DNA from: an uncultured Gemmatimonadales bacterium | Lineage (GTDB): Bacteria; Gemmatimonadota; Gemmatimonadetes; Palauibacterales; Palauibacteraceae | Length of the DNA: 64,000 nucleotides | Direction: 5' to 3' | Assembly: GCA_947259585.1 (NCBI GenBank) | Contig: CAMYMV010000006.1 | Location: forward strand, 18,025 to 82,024 | Shown: one piece after another, positions 25,793 through 36,922 of the stretch | Position numbering within the stretch: the first letter of the stretch is position 1 | How the letters are laid out: every line of letters begins with the position of its first letter | Position numbers and translations under genes: made by a program | Notes under the pieces: model-generated | The model's database searches: none | What the model saw: only the letters and a program-made list of their open reading frames with translations | Told to the model about the DNA's origin: nothing

Positions 25793-26559
25793 TCCCGCCG
25801 GGGCATCCGCCCCGCCAGGTAGGCCAGCCGGCCCGCCTCGACCGCCAACCGCATGGCGCCGGCCATGATCTCCGGCCGCTCCGCCTCGGCCAGCGCGGTG
25901 TTCATGAGGATGGCGTCGGCACCCTGCTCCATCGTGATGCAGGCGTCCGACGCCGTACCAACGCCCGCATCCACGATGACGGGCACCGAGAGGCGGTCCT
26001 TGAGGATGCGCACGTTGACCGGGTTGAGGAGCCCGAGCCCGCTGCCGATCGGCGAGCCGAGCGGCATGACGGCCGCTGCGCCGGCTTCCTCCAGCTTCAG
26101 GGCGGTCACGAGGTCGTCGTTCGTGTACGGCAGCACGGTGAACCCTTCATCGACCAGAATCCGCGTCGCCTCGAGCAGCCCATCGGTGTCGGGGAGGAGC
26201 GTCGCCTGGTCGCCGATCACCTCGAGCTTCACCCAGTCGGTAAGGCCGGAGGCTCGCCCCAGGCGTGCGTAACGGATCGCCTCGTCGGCCGAGTAACACC
26301 CCGCCGTGTTTGGAAGAACGAAGAACTCCTCCGGATCCAGCCAGTGAAGGAGGCTCTCTTCCTTGGACGCGTCGAGATCCACGCGCCGGACCGCCACGGT
26401 CACCATCTCGGCGCCCGCCGCGCGGATCGCCTGCACCATCTCCTCGCTGTCCCGGTACTTTCCGCTGCCCACGATCAGGCGAGAGCGAAACGTCCGGTCG
26501 GCGATCGTCAGGGGCTCGTCCCGTACGCCCGCGCCGACCTCTTCGAGCGTCGTCGTCAT
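25750..26559 (-). CDS. thiG: Thiazole synthase ThiG
   Basis: MTTTLEEV...LTIADRTFRSRLIVGSGKY ... LPNTAGCY ... and the C-terminal barrel match the ThiG family end to end. Confidence 0.9.
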   Translation of the reverse strand: MTTTLEEVGAGVRDEPLTIADRTFRSRLIVGSGKYRDSEEMVQAIRAAGAEMVTVAVRRVDLDASKEESLLHWLDPEEFFVLPNTAGCYSADEAIRYARLGRASGLTDWVKLEVIGDQATLLPDTDGLLEATRILVDEGFTVLPYTNDDLVTALKLEEAGAAAVMPLGSPIGSGLGLLNPVNVRILKDRLSVPVIVDAGVGTASDACITMEQGADAILMNTALAEAERPEIMAGAMRLAVEAGRLAYLAGRMPRREWAVPSSPLGGMLS

Positions 26560-26562
26560 CGC

Positions 26563-26778
26563 TTACCCTCCGCCTACGAAGTTGACCAATTCCACGCGAT
26601 CACCCGGCTCCAGCTTCACCTCGGAGAGCTCGCCTCGGCGGAGGATCTGACGGTTCAGCTCCACCACGACGAGACGGCCGTCCAGCTCCAGCTCCGAGAG
26701 CAGCTCCGAGACGGCCTGGCCGACCCGTGCCATACGAGGCTGTCCGTTCACCAGTATCTCAATCTCATCCGAGATCAT
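26563..26778 (-). CDS. thiS: Sulfur carrier protein ThiS
   Basis: MISDEIEILVNGQP... ending in VGGG-stop (C-terminal Gly-Gly). ATG at 26778 sits immediately after a perfect SD, GGAGGAAGC. The track ORF extends 29 aa upstream through an in-frame (GRG)n repeat and is rejected. Confidence 0.8.
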   Translation of the reverse strand: MISDEIEILVNGQPRMARVGQAVSELLSELELDGRLVVVELNRQILRRGELSEVKLEPGDRVELVNFVGGG

Positions 26779-26849
26779 GCTTCCTCCACGGCCTCCACGG
26801 CCACCGCGACCACCGCGGCCACCGCGACCACCGCGACCACCGCGGCCAT
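26775..26849 (-). other. 24-codon Val/Ala-rich mini-ORF (MAAVVAVVAVAAVVAVAVEAVEEA) ATGA-coupled to thiS
   Basis: ATG at 26849 lies 8 nt after the thiE TGA. The mini-ORF runs through the 9-bp repeat array. It ends with a TGA at 26775-26777 that overlaps the thiS ATG at 26776-26778. Coding status is unproven. Confidence 0.3.
26783..26845 (-). repeat. 9-bp tandem array x7 (2x CCTCCACGG + 5x CCACCGCGR) in the thiE-thiS spacer
   Basis: Seven contiguous 9-mers read on the plus strand. In the three frames they encode (GRG)n, (VVA)n or (PPR)n on the coding strand. Confidence 0.8.
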
Positions 26850-26857
26850 GTTTCTCA

Positions 26858-27412
26858 TCAGGCATCGTTCCAGGCTCGGACCAGCCGGCCCGAAGCGTCC
26901 ACTGGATCTTCGGCTTCCCACACCGCTCGGACTACGGCGATCCCGCTCGCCCCCACTCTCCGAAGCGCCGGCGCCCCGGCGGCGTCGATGCCGCCGATAC
27001 CGACCACGGGCACGCCGACCGTCCGGCATCTCTCCACGATCGCCGTCCCTTGGGGTCGTACGCCAGGGTGAGTCCTGCTCGCGAATACCGTACCCAGGAC
27101 GATGTAACTCGCTCCGGCCGCCACCGCCTCCCGCGCCTCCGCTTCGGAGTGCACGGAGGCGCCGAGCGCGCACGCACCGTGCGCCCGTCGAATCACCTCG
27201 CGCGCTATCTCGACCGGGAGGCCCGTTCGGCCCAGCTGCACGGCCTGGGCACGGGCCGCGAGCGTCACATCCAGCCTCTCGTTGACGACGCACCAGCCAC
27301 CGGTCGCGGCCGCCCAGCCGGACAGGTCGGACGCCAGATCCAACAACCGGGATGCCGGAGCGTTCTTCAGCCGAAGGTGAAGGGCGAGGTCCGCGCCCCG
27401 TGCTTCCAGCAT
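26858..27412 (-). CDS. thiE: Thiamine-phosphate synthase ThiE
   Basis: MLEARGADLALHLRLKNAPASRLLDLASDL ... IVLGTVFASRTHPG ... GIGGI. ATG at 27412 has GAGG 11 nt upstream. The track start at 27808 adds 132 Gly/Arg-rich residues overlapping fmt. Confidence 0.8.
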   Translation of the reverse strand: MLEARGADLALHLRLKNAPASRLLDLASDLSGWAAATGGWCVVNERLDVTLAARAQAVQLGRTGLPVEIAREVIRRAHGACALGASVHSEAEAREAVAAGASYIVLGTVFASRTHPGVRPQGTAIVERCRTVGVPVVGIGGIDAAGAPALRRVGASGIAVVRAVWEAEDPVDASGRLVRAWNDA

Positions 27413-27486
27413 CGTCCGGCCAACCTCGAGGAAGTCCGGCCGGCTGGCCTGCGCATCGCCGGCCACGACATGGAGGAGGGGGATGC

Positions 27487-28440
27487 TCAACGGAAGCGAT
27501 CGCCGCTCGCGGCTCCGCGTCCCCGGATCCAGGCCGCCGCCTCCATGCGAGCCCGACCGGCCGCCTTTACCTCTCCGATCCGGATCGTGCCAGATCCGGT
27601 GGAGACGACCAGTCCCTCGCGAGGATCCGCCTCCACCACCGTGCCGGGCTCCGCGGCCGTCCCCGACTCCGACCCCGGCCCAGTCTCCGAACCCGGTAGG
27701 GAGGGACCGAACATCTGCACCACGGACCCCTCGAGCTCGGTCCACGCCGCCGGCCAGGGATCGCAACCCCGCATCCAGCACCCGATCTCCGAGGCCGGAA
27801 GGCTCCAATCGATCCGCGCCAGCTCGCGGCTCATCTTGGGGGCGAACGTGGCCAGATCGTGATCCTGCTCCTGCTCCGTCACGTCCCCGCTCTCGAGCCG
27901 ATCGAGGACCTCTGCCAGGGCCTCGGCCCCGAGCGCCGAGAGCCGGCCGGAGAGCTCTCCGGCCGTCGCATCAGGACCGATCGGCTCTGCCTTCTGGTGG
28001 AGGATCGGTCCGGCGTCCATCTCGCGAACCATGCGCATGATCGTGACGCCGGTGAGGTCGTGGCCGCGGATGATCGCCCAGTTGATCGGAGCCGCGCCCC
28101 GGAGCTCCGGAAGGAGCGACGCGTGGACGTTGATCGAGCCTCGAGCTGGCAGCGCCAGCACCTCGTCCACCAGCAGCTGCCCGTAGGCCGCCACCACGGA
28201 GAGGTCCGGCCGTAGCTCGGAGATCGACTCGAGGAACTCGGCGCCTCGGGCTCTCTCCGGTTGGAGAACGGGAGCGCCCAGATCGATCGCCTCCCTCTTA
28301 ACGGCGCTCTCCCTCAGGTGACGCCCACGCCCGGCCAGGCGATCGGGCTGCGTGACCACGCCGACCAGTTCGTGTCCAGCGGCCACGGCCCGGAGCGAGG
28401 GAAGAGCGAAGTCGGGAGAGCCCCAGAAGAGAATACGCAC
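27487..28440 (-). CDS. fmt: Methionyl-tRNA formyltransferase
   Basis: MRILFWGSPDFALPSL ... the SLLPELRGAAPINWAII formyltransferase core, and a C-terminal domain. Confidence 0.9.
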   Translation of the reverse strand: MRILFWGSPDFALPSLRAVAAGHELVGVVTQPDRLAGRGRHLRESAVKREAIDLGAPVLQPERARGAEFLESISELRPDLSVVAAYGQLLVDEVLALPARGSINVHASLLPELRGAAPINWAIIRGHDLTGVTIMRMVREMDAGPILHQKAEPIGPDATAGELSGRLSALGAEALAEVLDRLESGDVTEQEQDHDLATFAPKMSRELARIDWSLPASEIGCWMRGCDPWPAAWTELEGSVVQMFGPSLPGSETGPGSESGTAAEPGTVVEADPREGLVVSTGSGTIRIGEVKAAGRARMEAAAWIRGRGAASGDRFR

Positions 28441-28450
28441 GGTTACATGG

Positions 28451-28972
28451 CTACATGGCCGGAGTCGCCGACCTCTCGCTCTCCGGCCGCTTGGACCATT
28501 TGTTCAGGAGCATCTTGCGCTTGAGAGGGCTCACGCGGTCGATGAACAGGACCCCATCCAGGTGGTCGATCTCGTGCTGCAGGCAGCGGCTCAGCAGTCC
28601 TTCCGCCTCGATTCGGACTCCCTCGCCATCCGCGTCCAGGCCCTCAACGACGACACGCCCGGCGCGCTGCACGATCTCCCGGAGATCGGGGATGCTCAGA
28701 CATCCCTCCTCTTCCTTCTGCCGCCCGCTCGTCTCGACGATACGCGGGTTGATCAGCGCTCCCCGCGCGTCTTCCGGCTCGCGGATGTCGTAGACGAAGA
28801 CCCGTATCGGAACGCCGACCTGAGACGCGGCGAGACCGATGCCGTCGGCCTCGTACATCGTGTCCATGAGGTCAGCGATCAGCGCGCGGACGTCCTCGTC
28901 GACGCGATCGACAGGCTCGGCCAACTCGCGCAGAACCGGATCGCCCAGCAGCCTGATTTCCCGAGCGCTCAA
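28451..28972 (-). CDS. def: Peptide deformylase
   Basis: GIGLAASQVG, EGCLSIPD and HEIDHLDG are the three PDF motifs. Confidence 0.9.
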   Translation of the reverse strand: MSAREIRLLGDPVLRELAEPVDRVDEDVRALIADLMDTMYEADGIGLAASQVGVPIRVFVYDIREPEDARGALINPRIVETSGRQKEEEGCLSIPDLREIVQRAGRVVVEGLDADGEGVRIEAEGLLSRCLQHEIDHLDGVLFIDRVSPLKRKMLLNKWSKRPESERSATPAM

Positions 28973-29262
28973 CCCTCCTCCGAGCTCCCCATTCGGCGGG
29001 CCACCTTGCTGCGCTCGATCTCCAGGCGCGTGTCTTCGGCCGTCTTGATCGTGACCCGGTCATCCTCCAGGTGGATGATCTTCCCGACGATCCCGCCGAG
29101 CGTAACGATCTCGTCGCCTCGATTCAGGCCGGCGACCAACTCCTGGTGAGCTTTCTGCTGTTGGCGCTGAGGCCGGATCAGCAGGAAGTAGAGGATGGCG
29201 AAGAACGCGGCGAGCATGAACAGCGTGCCCATCGGGTTACCACTGCCATCCGGACTGGCCAT
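28969..29262 (-). CDS. yajC: Preprotein translocase subunit YajC
   Basis: MASPDGSGNPMGTLFMLAAFFAILYFLLIRPQRQQQKAHQEL parallels E. coli YajC (..SPMSLILMLVVFGLIFYFMILRPQQKRTKEH). The start is chosen at ATG 29262. The track start at 29331 runs into a non-triplet 11-bp repeat. Confidence 0.75.
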   Translation of the reverse strand: MASPDGSGNPMGTLFMLAAFFAILYFLLIRPQRQQQKAHQELVAGLNRGDEIVTLGGIVGKIIHLEDDRVTIKTAEDTRLEIERSKVARRMGSSEEG

Positions 29263-29310
29263 GATCCACACGTTGGCTATCACCTTGTGCCTCTCGTTGT
29301 GCCTCTGGGG

Positions 29311-29352
29311 GTAGTCGCAACTCCGCCGCAACTCCGCCGCAACTCCGCCGCG
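29311..29352 (-). repeat. 11-bp direct repeat x3 (GCAACTCCGCC) in the tgt-yajC spacer
   Basis: The plus strand reads gcaactccgccgcaactccgccgcaactccgcc. The period is not a multiple of 3, so the array is non-coding. Confidence 0.6.
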
Positions 29353-29398
29353 GCGACGGGTCGTGCATACACCGAATGTCCGTCCGCGAGCCCGCGAG

Positions 29399-31582
<2,184 letters not shown>

Positions 31583-31608
<26 letters not shown>

Positions 31609-32617
31609 CGTCCCCGGATGGTAGTTGATAGCCGAAGCGCTCGTAGGCCCTCCGCGTGGCTACCCGCCCGCGTGCGGATCTCTGGAGGTATCCGTTCTGA
31701 ATCAGATACGGCTCGTAGACCTCCTCCAGCGTGCCGGCATCTTCTCCCACCGCGACGGCCAGCGAGTTCAGGCCGACGGGGCCGCCGTCGAAGCTCTCGA
31801 TGATCAGCCTCAGTATCCGGGCATCCATCTTGTCCAGGCCGTACTCGTCCACGTTGAGCATCTCGAGCCCGGCTGCCGCCGTCTCCTCGTCGACCCGGCC
31901 ATCTCTCTTCACCTGCGCGTAGTCTCGGACTCGCTTGAGTAGCCGGTTGGCGATTCTGGGAGTGCCCCTTGAGCGCCGGGCGATCTCCCTCGCCCCGGTG
32001 TCGGTCACGGGAACATCCAGGATGCCCGCGGAGCGGTGCACGATCTCCTCCAGCTCCTCGGGCGGATAGAAGCCGAGGCGCTCCACGACACCGAAGCGGG
32101 CCCGGAGGGGGGCGGTGAGCAACCCGAAGCGCGTGGTGGCCCCCACCAGCGTGAACCGTTCTATGCGCATCGACATCGTCTGGGCACGGGGACCCTCGCC
32201 GAGACGGATCTCGATCCGGTAGTCCTCCATGGCCGGATAGAGGAACTCCTCGATCGCCGGCCGAAGACGGTGGATCTCGTCGATGAACAGGATGTCTCCC
32301 TGCTCGAGATTGGTGAGGTATGCGGCCAGGTCGCCAGGCTTCTCGAGCACCGGACCCGAGGTGAGCTTGATGTTCACGCCCAGTTCCCTGGCCAGCAGCA
32401 GCCCGAGCGTCGTCTTGCCCAGGCCGGGCGGACCGAAGAAGAGCGTGTGGTCCAGGGCCTCTCCCCGGCCCAGTGCCGCCTGGACGTAGATCTCCAGGCT
32501 TTCCTTGACCTTCTGCTGCCCCACGAACTCCTGGAAGCTCGCCGGCCGGAGCGACTGCTCCAGTCCGGCTTCGCCCTCCAGGGGTCGCGGCGTCGTTATC
32601 TCGGTTCGCTCAGACAT
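31583..32617 (-). CDS. ruvB: Holliday junction branch migration ATPase RuvB
   Basis: [19 protein letters not shown] ... the [10 protein letters not shown] Walker A ... AAA+ and winged-helix C-terminus. Confidence 0.9.
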
Positions 32618-33188
32618 GTCTCAACGCGGCTCTCACGAGCTCTTCCGTGCCGGCCGCCTCGTCTACCTCCCGCCGGGCTCGTGCGACCGCGGCCTCCGCC
32701 TCGGTCTGGCCGTAGCCGAGCGATCGCAGCGCATCGACCGCCGAGGCGCCAGCGGTCAGCGGCGCCACCTCCTCCACCGCCAGGTCGTCCAGCTTGTCCT
32801 TGAGCTCCAGCGCGATGCGCTCCGCCGTCTTTCGCCCGACCCCGCTCACCGTCTGGAGCACTTCGTGGTCCCTTGCGCGAATGGCCAGCACGATCCGGTC
32901 GCCGGGCAGCTGACCGAGCATAGCCAGCGCCAGGCGAGGGCCTACTCCGGTGGCATTCAGCAGGCGGAGAAAGAGCGTGCGGTCTCGCGAGGACCCGAAG
33001 CCGAACAGCTCGAGCGAATCGTCGCGGGAGACGAGGGCGCTGTGAAGCTCGACCTCCTGGCCCACCTCCGGAAGACGGTCCAGCATGGCCGCCGGAACGA
33101 GCAGCTCGTAGGAGACCCCACCCGACGTCATCACCTCGACCCCCTCGGGCGCCTTGTGGAGGAGCTGGCCCACGACCCGACGTATCAC
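32610..33188 (-). CDS. ruvA: Holliday junction DNA helicase subunit RuvA
   Basis: The conserved RuvA start (M)[31 protein letters not shown] begins at the GTG at 33188, directly after the ruvC stop. The track start at 33635 adds 149 Arg/Gly-rich residues overlapping ruvC. Confidence 0.8.
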   Translation of the reverse strand: MIRRVVGQLLHKAPEGVEVMTSGGVSYELLVPAAMLDRLPEVGQEVELHSALVSRDDSLELFGFGSSRDRTLFLRLLNATGVGPRLALAMLGQLPGDRIVLAIRARDHEVLQTVSGVGRKTAERIALELKDKLDDLAVEEVAPLTAGASAVDALRSLGYGQTEAEAAVARARREVDEAAGTEELVRAALRHV

Positions 33189-33721
33189 GGCCCGCCGGCC
33201 GGCGTCGAACCGGCTGCCGACGAACCGGCCGGCGTCGCCTCGCCCCCCCGGGAACGCCCGCCCATCAGGTGGCAGAGGGCCGCCGCGCACCCGTCCGAGG
33301 CGTCCGAAGGCTCGGGCGGCGTCGCCAGCCGCAGGTGCTTGGCGACCATGTAGGAGACCTGCTCCTTCGTGGCTCCCCCCGTGCCCACGACCGCTTTCTT
33401 GATCTCGGCCGGTGGGTACTCGAAGACCGGCAGGTCGCGCTGCGCCGCCGTGAGCACGGCCACGCCGCGAGCGTGGGCGAGGACCACCATGCTGCGGACG
33501 TTCTGCCCGTAGAACACGCCCTCCACCACCACGCAGCCCGGGTCGGTTCGTTCGATGACCTCGGCCAGCCCTTCCTGGATCTCCCGCAGGCGCTCGGGCA
33601 GGGATGCAGCCGCGGGCGGCCGGATCACCCCGCACTCGACGAGCCGGAGCTCTCCGGCGGCCGATTCAACGAGGCCGTATCCCGTTCCCCGCGTTCCGGG
33701 ATCGATTCCTAGAACCTTCAT
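33185..33721 (-). CDS. ruvC: Crossover junction endodeoxyribonuclease RuvC
   Basis: MKVLGIDPGTRGTGYGLVE ... the RNase H-like fold is conserved throughout. Confidence 0.9.
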   Translation of the reverse strand: MKVLGIDPGTRGTGYGLVESAAGELRLVECGVIRPPAAASLPERLREIQEGLAEVIERTDPGCVVVEGVFYGQNVRSMVVLAHARGVAVLTAAQRDLPVFEYPPAEIKKAVVGTGGATKEQVSYMVAKHLRLATPPEPSDASDGCAAALCHLMGGRSRGGEATPAGSSAAGSTPAGGP

Positions 33722-33944
33722 CGCTGCGCAAGATAACGCGGCGCTGCAGGGAGGCTATGGCAACGCTCAGGCCGGCGGCCGCCGGAACGACCTCATCAAA
33801 GGTGCGGAGGAGACGGAGCCGCTCCAGCAAGCCGAAGGCTCCCGGAGACGGTTAGGGGGGGAACGTCGTCTACGAGCGAGTCGAGCAGGGGAACGAGGAC
33901 GTAGAAGGCGTTCGCCGCGCGGCCCCCGGGCGCCGCTCCAGATG

Positions 33945-34694
33945 TCAGGACGCAGCCGCCGCCAGCGCCTCCTCGTCCACATCCATGTTCGAGTAGACCC
34001 GCTGTACGTCGTCGTGCTCCTCGAGCGCCCCCAGGAGCCCGACCAGCTTCTCGGCTTCCCGGCCCTCGACGGCCACCTCGGACTTCGGAACCATGCCGAG
34101 CTCGGCCTCGCGGATCTCGATCCCCGCCTCGCGCAGACCCTCCTGGACGGCGTGGAAGTCCCCGGGCTGGCAGGTGATCAGGAAGACATCCGCCTCGCGC
34201 TCCATGTCCGAGGCGCCCGCCAGCACCGCGGCGTCCAGCAGGGCTTCCTCATCGTAGCGGCCGGCGTCGACGTAGATCTGTCCCAAGCGGTCAAACATCC
34301 AGGAGACCGAGCCGTCGACGCCCAGGTTGCCACCCCTCTTGTCGAAGATGTGGCGCACTTCGGCGATCGTGCGGTTCTGGTTGTCGGTGAGGCACTCCAG
34401 AAAAAGGGCCGCGCCGCCGGGGCCGTACCCCTCGTAGGTGCACTCCTCGTAGCTCGCCCCCGGCAGGGCTCCCGTGCCGCGCTTGACCGCCCTGTCGATG
34501 TTCTCGGCCGGCATGTTCTCGGCCTTCGCGTTGTCGATGGCGGTGCGCAGACGGGGGTTGAAGTTGGGATCGCCGCCGGCCTGGCGTGCGGCGACGGTGA
34601 TCTCGCGCGCCAGCTTGGCGAACATCCTGCCGCGGGCCTGGTCGTTCTTGGCCTTCTGGCGCTTGATCTGCGCCCACTTGCTGTGTCCTGCCAA
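33945..34694 (-). CDS. yebC: YebC/PmpR family DNA-binding transcriptional regulator
   Basis: MAGHSKWAQIKRQKAKNDQARGRMFAKLAREI is the canonical YebC start. It lies upstream of ruvC as in many bacteria. Confidence 0.85.
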   Translation of the reverse strand: MAGHSKWAQIKRQKAKNDQARGRMFAKLAREITVAARQAGGDPNFNPRLRTAIDNAKAENMPAENIDRAVKRGTGALPGASYEECTYEGYGPGGAALFLECLTDNQNRTIAEVRHIFDKRGGNLGVDGSVSWMFDRLGQIYVDAGRYDEEALLDAAVLAGASDMEREADVFLITCQPGDFHAVQEGLREAGIEIREAELGMVPKSEVAVEGREAEKLVGLLGALEEHDDVQRVYSNMDVDEEALAAAAS

Positions 34695-34731
34695 GCCTCT
34701 ACTCCATTACTCCATCAAGCGAGAGCGGCCG

Positions 34732-36843
34732 TCAGCGTGCAGCCAGCGCCGCCTCGCGCTCCTGCTCGGCTTCGGCGATCACCTTCTCGGCTACGTGCGG
34801 AGGCACGGGATCGTATCCCTGGAGCGTCCGGGTGTGGGTCCCCTTCCCCTGCGTGAGGGATCGGACGGCCGCCGCGTATTTGTGCAGCTCCGCCAGCGGA
34901 ACGGTGGCCCGCACGACCTGCCAGCGGCCCCTCGAGTCCATCCCGAGGATCCGCCCGCGCCTCTGGTTCAGATCGCCGATCACCTCGCCCATGAAGTCCT
35001 CGGGCGTGCGTACCTCGACCTCCATGATCGGCTCCAGCAGGACGGGGCCCGCATTCCGGGCGACGTTCCTGAACGCTACCGAGCCCGCCACCTTGAACGC
35101 CTGCTCGGAGCTGTCCACCGAGTGGTAGGAGCCGTCGTAGCACTCCGCCACGAAATCGACCAGGGGATAGCCGGCGAGCACCCCCCTGGCCGAGGCCGCC
35201 TGAATCCCCTTGTCCACCGCAGGGATGAACTTGTTGGGGATGACGCCCCCCTTGATCTGGTTGACGAACTCGTAACCCTCGCCGGGCTCGCGCGGCTTGA
35301 GCCGAATCCAGCAGTCCCCGAACTGGCCCCGTCCGCCCGTCTGCTTCTTGTGCCGCCCCTGACCCTCGGCCGTTTGCGTGAGCGTCTCCCGATAGGGGAT
35401 CCGCGGCTCTTCCGTGTCCACCTCGACGTGGTATTTCCGCTTGAGCTTTTCGAAACAGACGTTCAGGTGGAGCTCGCCGCACCCCCTGGCGATCGTCTGG
35501 CTCAGCTCGGGCTCGTAGCCGGAGCGGAATGTCGGATCCTCTTCGTGCAGCTTGTTGAGTCCGGTCGCCAGCTTGTCCTCATCCCCCCGGTGCCTGGGTG
35601 AGACCGCTATCGAGTTGTCCGTGGCGGGCCACTCGATCTCCGGAAGGGTGAGCCGACGGCCGTCCGCGCACAGCGTGTCTCCGGTGTGCGTGTCCTTGAG
35701 CTTCGCGACGACGCCGATGTCGCCCGCGTGCAGGCGCGGCGTCTCGTTCCGCTGCTCCCCGGCGGGCGTGGCCAGGTGCGTCACCCGCTCGGGAGTGGTG
35801 TGCGCCGGGTTGTACACGGTGGAGCCGTTGTCGACGGTGCCGCTGAACACCCGGAAGTAGGAGAGCTCGCCAACGTGAGGCTCCGAGGTGGTCTTGAAGA
35901 CGATTGCCGTGAACGGATCACTGTCCACCCCGGTGAGCTCCACGGCGTCCCCGCTCCGGCCTTCGGCCAGGAACGGTCCCGCTTGCTCGGGCGAAGGCAT
36001 CAGCTCCACGAGCTTCTTCATGACGGCCCTGACCCCGTAGCCGGAATCGCCCGACCCGCAGAACACGGGAAAGAGCTCGCCGCGCCGCATCGCGGCTCCC
36101 AGAACCTCGTTCACGCGTTCCCGGTCCAGCTCCTCGCCCTCCAGATACGCCTCCAGGAGCTCATCGTCGGCGGAGGCGATCGTCTCGATCAGCTCTTCCC
36201 GGTAGCGGTCGACGCTTGCCTGATGCTCCTCCGGCACCTCCACTTCCTCGTACTCGCCCTTGCCGGAGCCGGGCTTGAAGATGTGAGCACGTCCGGAAAA
36301 GAGGTTGACGATCCCGCGGAAGTCTTCGCCCGAACCGATCGGTACCTCGACCAGAATCGCGGCGCCGGAGAGGGATTCCTTTATCTGCTGGAAGGTGTCC
36401 TCGAAGGAGGCGTTCTCCCGGTCCATCATGGAGATGAAGAAGATCCGCGGGATTCCTCGCTCCTCGCAGGCCTCCCATGCCTTTTCCGTGCCGATCTCGA
36501 CGCCGTCCTGGGCGTTGATCACCACCAGCGCGCCGTCCACGACGCGCGCGGCCGCCTTGACCTCACCGAAGAAGTCCGTAAAACCCGGGGTGTCGATGAG
36601 GTTCAGCTTGACGCCCTGCCAGGGCACGGGCGCCACGGCGAGGTTGATGGATATCCCGTGGTCGGTCTCTTCCGGGGTGAAATCGGTGAGCGCGTTGCCG
36701 CGCTCCACCGAGCCGCGCCGGCGGGTCGCTCCGCCGATATGGGCCATCGCGTCGACCAGGGTGGTCTTGCCGGCTCCACCGTGGCCCACCACGGCTATGT
36801 TTCGGATCAGAGAGGATTCATACTCGGGGGCGGACGGCGCCAT
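34732..36843 (-). CDS. Elongation factor G family GTPase (EF-G paralog)
   Basis: G1 motif AVVGHGGAGKTTL, DTPGFTDF, and EF-G domains II to V. There is no ribosomal protein context, suggesting an EF-G2-like paralog. Confidence 0.8.
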   Translation of the reverse strand: MAPSAPEYESSLIRNIAVVGHGGAGKTTLVDAMAHIGGATRRRGSVERGNALTDFTPEETDHGISINLAVAPVPWQGVKLNLIDTPGFTDFFGEVKAAARVVDGALVVINAQDGVEIGTEKAWEACEERGIPRIFFISMMDRENASFEDTFQQIKESLSGAAILVEVPIGSGEDFRGIVNLFSGRAHIFKPGSGKGEYEEVEVPEEHQASVDRYREELIETIASADDELLEAYLEGEELDRERVNEVLGAAMRRGELFPVFCGSGDSGYGVRAVMKKLVELMPSPEQAGPFLAEGRSGDAVELTGVDSDPFTAIVFKTTSEPHVGELSYFRVFSGTVDNGSTVYNPAHTTPERVTHLATPAGEQRNETPRLHAGDIGVVAKLKDTHTGDTLCADGRRLTLPEIEWPATDNSIAVSPRHRGDEDKLATGLNKLHEEDPTFRSGYEPELSQTIARGCGELHLNVCFEKLKRKYHVEVDTEEPRIPYRETLTQTAEGQGRHKKQTGGRGQFGDCWIRLKPREPGEGYEFVNQIKGGVIPNKFIPAVDKGIQAASARGVLAGYPLVDFVAECYDGSYHSVDSSEQAFKVAGSVAFRNVARNAGPVLLEPIMEVEVRTPEDFMGEVIGDLNQRRGRILGMDSRGRWQVVRATVPLAELHKYAAAVRSLTQGKGTHTRTLQGYDPVPPHVAEKVIAEAEQEREAALAAR

Positions 36844-36922
36844 CTATTCCTCCTTCACTTCGTCGGGACGCAAATCTGTCGGGGGGTCCCATTCTAGGTG
36901 GGTGGCGAAGGGGTCGAAAGGG

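Noticed and set aside
26783-26845. The tandem arrays (9-bp, 23-bp, 11-bp, 18-bp) as CRISPR arrays
   Set aside because: Repeat units are far shorter than CRISPR repeats, and they are contiguous with no unique spacers. No cas genes are present in the window.
26563-26865. Track ORF giving ThiS a 29-aa (GRG)9 N-terminal extension
   Set aside because: A perfect SD immediately precedes the internal ATG at 26778. ThiS proteins start with M-x-I-x-(V/I)-NG. The extension is just the 9-bp minisatellite read in frame.
27413-27486. TPP riboswitch upstream of thiE
   Set aside because: The gap is only 74 nt and lacks the conserved CUGAGA and pyrimidine-sensing helix motifs.
32610-33635. Track N-terminal extensions of ruvA (149 aa), thiE (132 aa), Omp85 (79 aa), the metallophosphoesterase (84 aa), CBS (77 aa), mutS (~129 aa), ECF sigma, anti-sigma and M16 genes
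   Set aside because: The extensions are Arg/Gly/Pro-rich, lack signal peptides where these are expected, and overlap upstream genes. Conserved family N-termini with SD motifs or ATGA/GTGA couplings are found internally.
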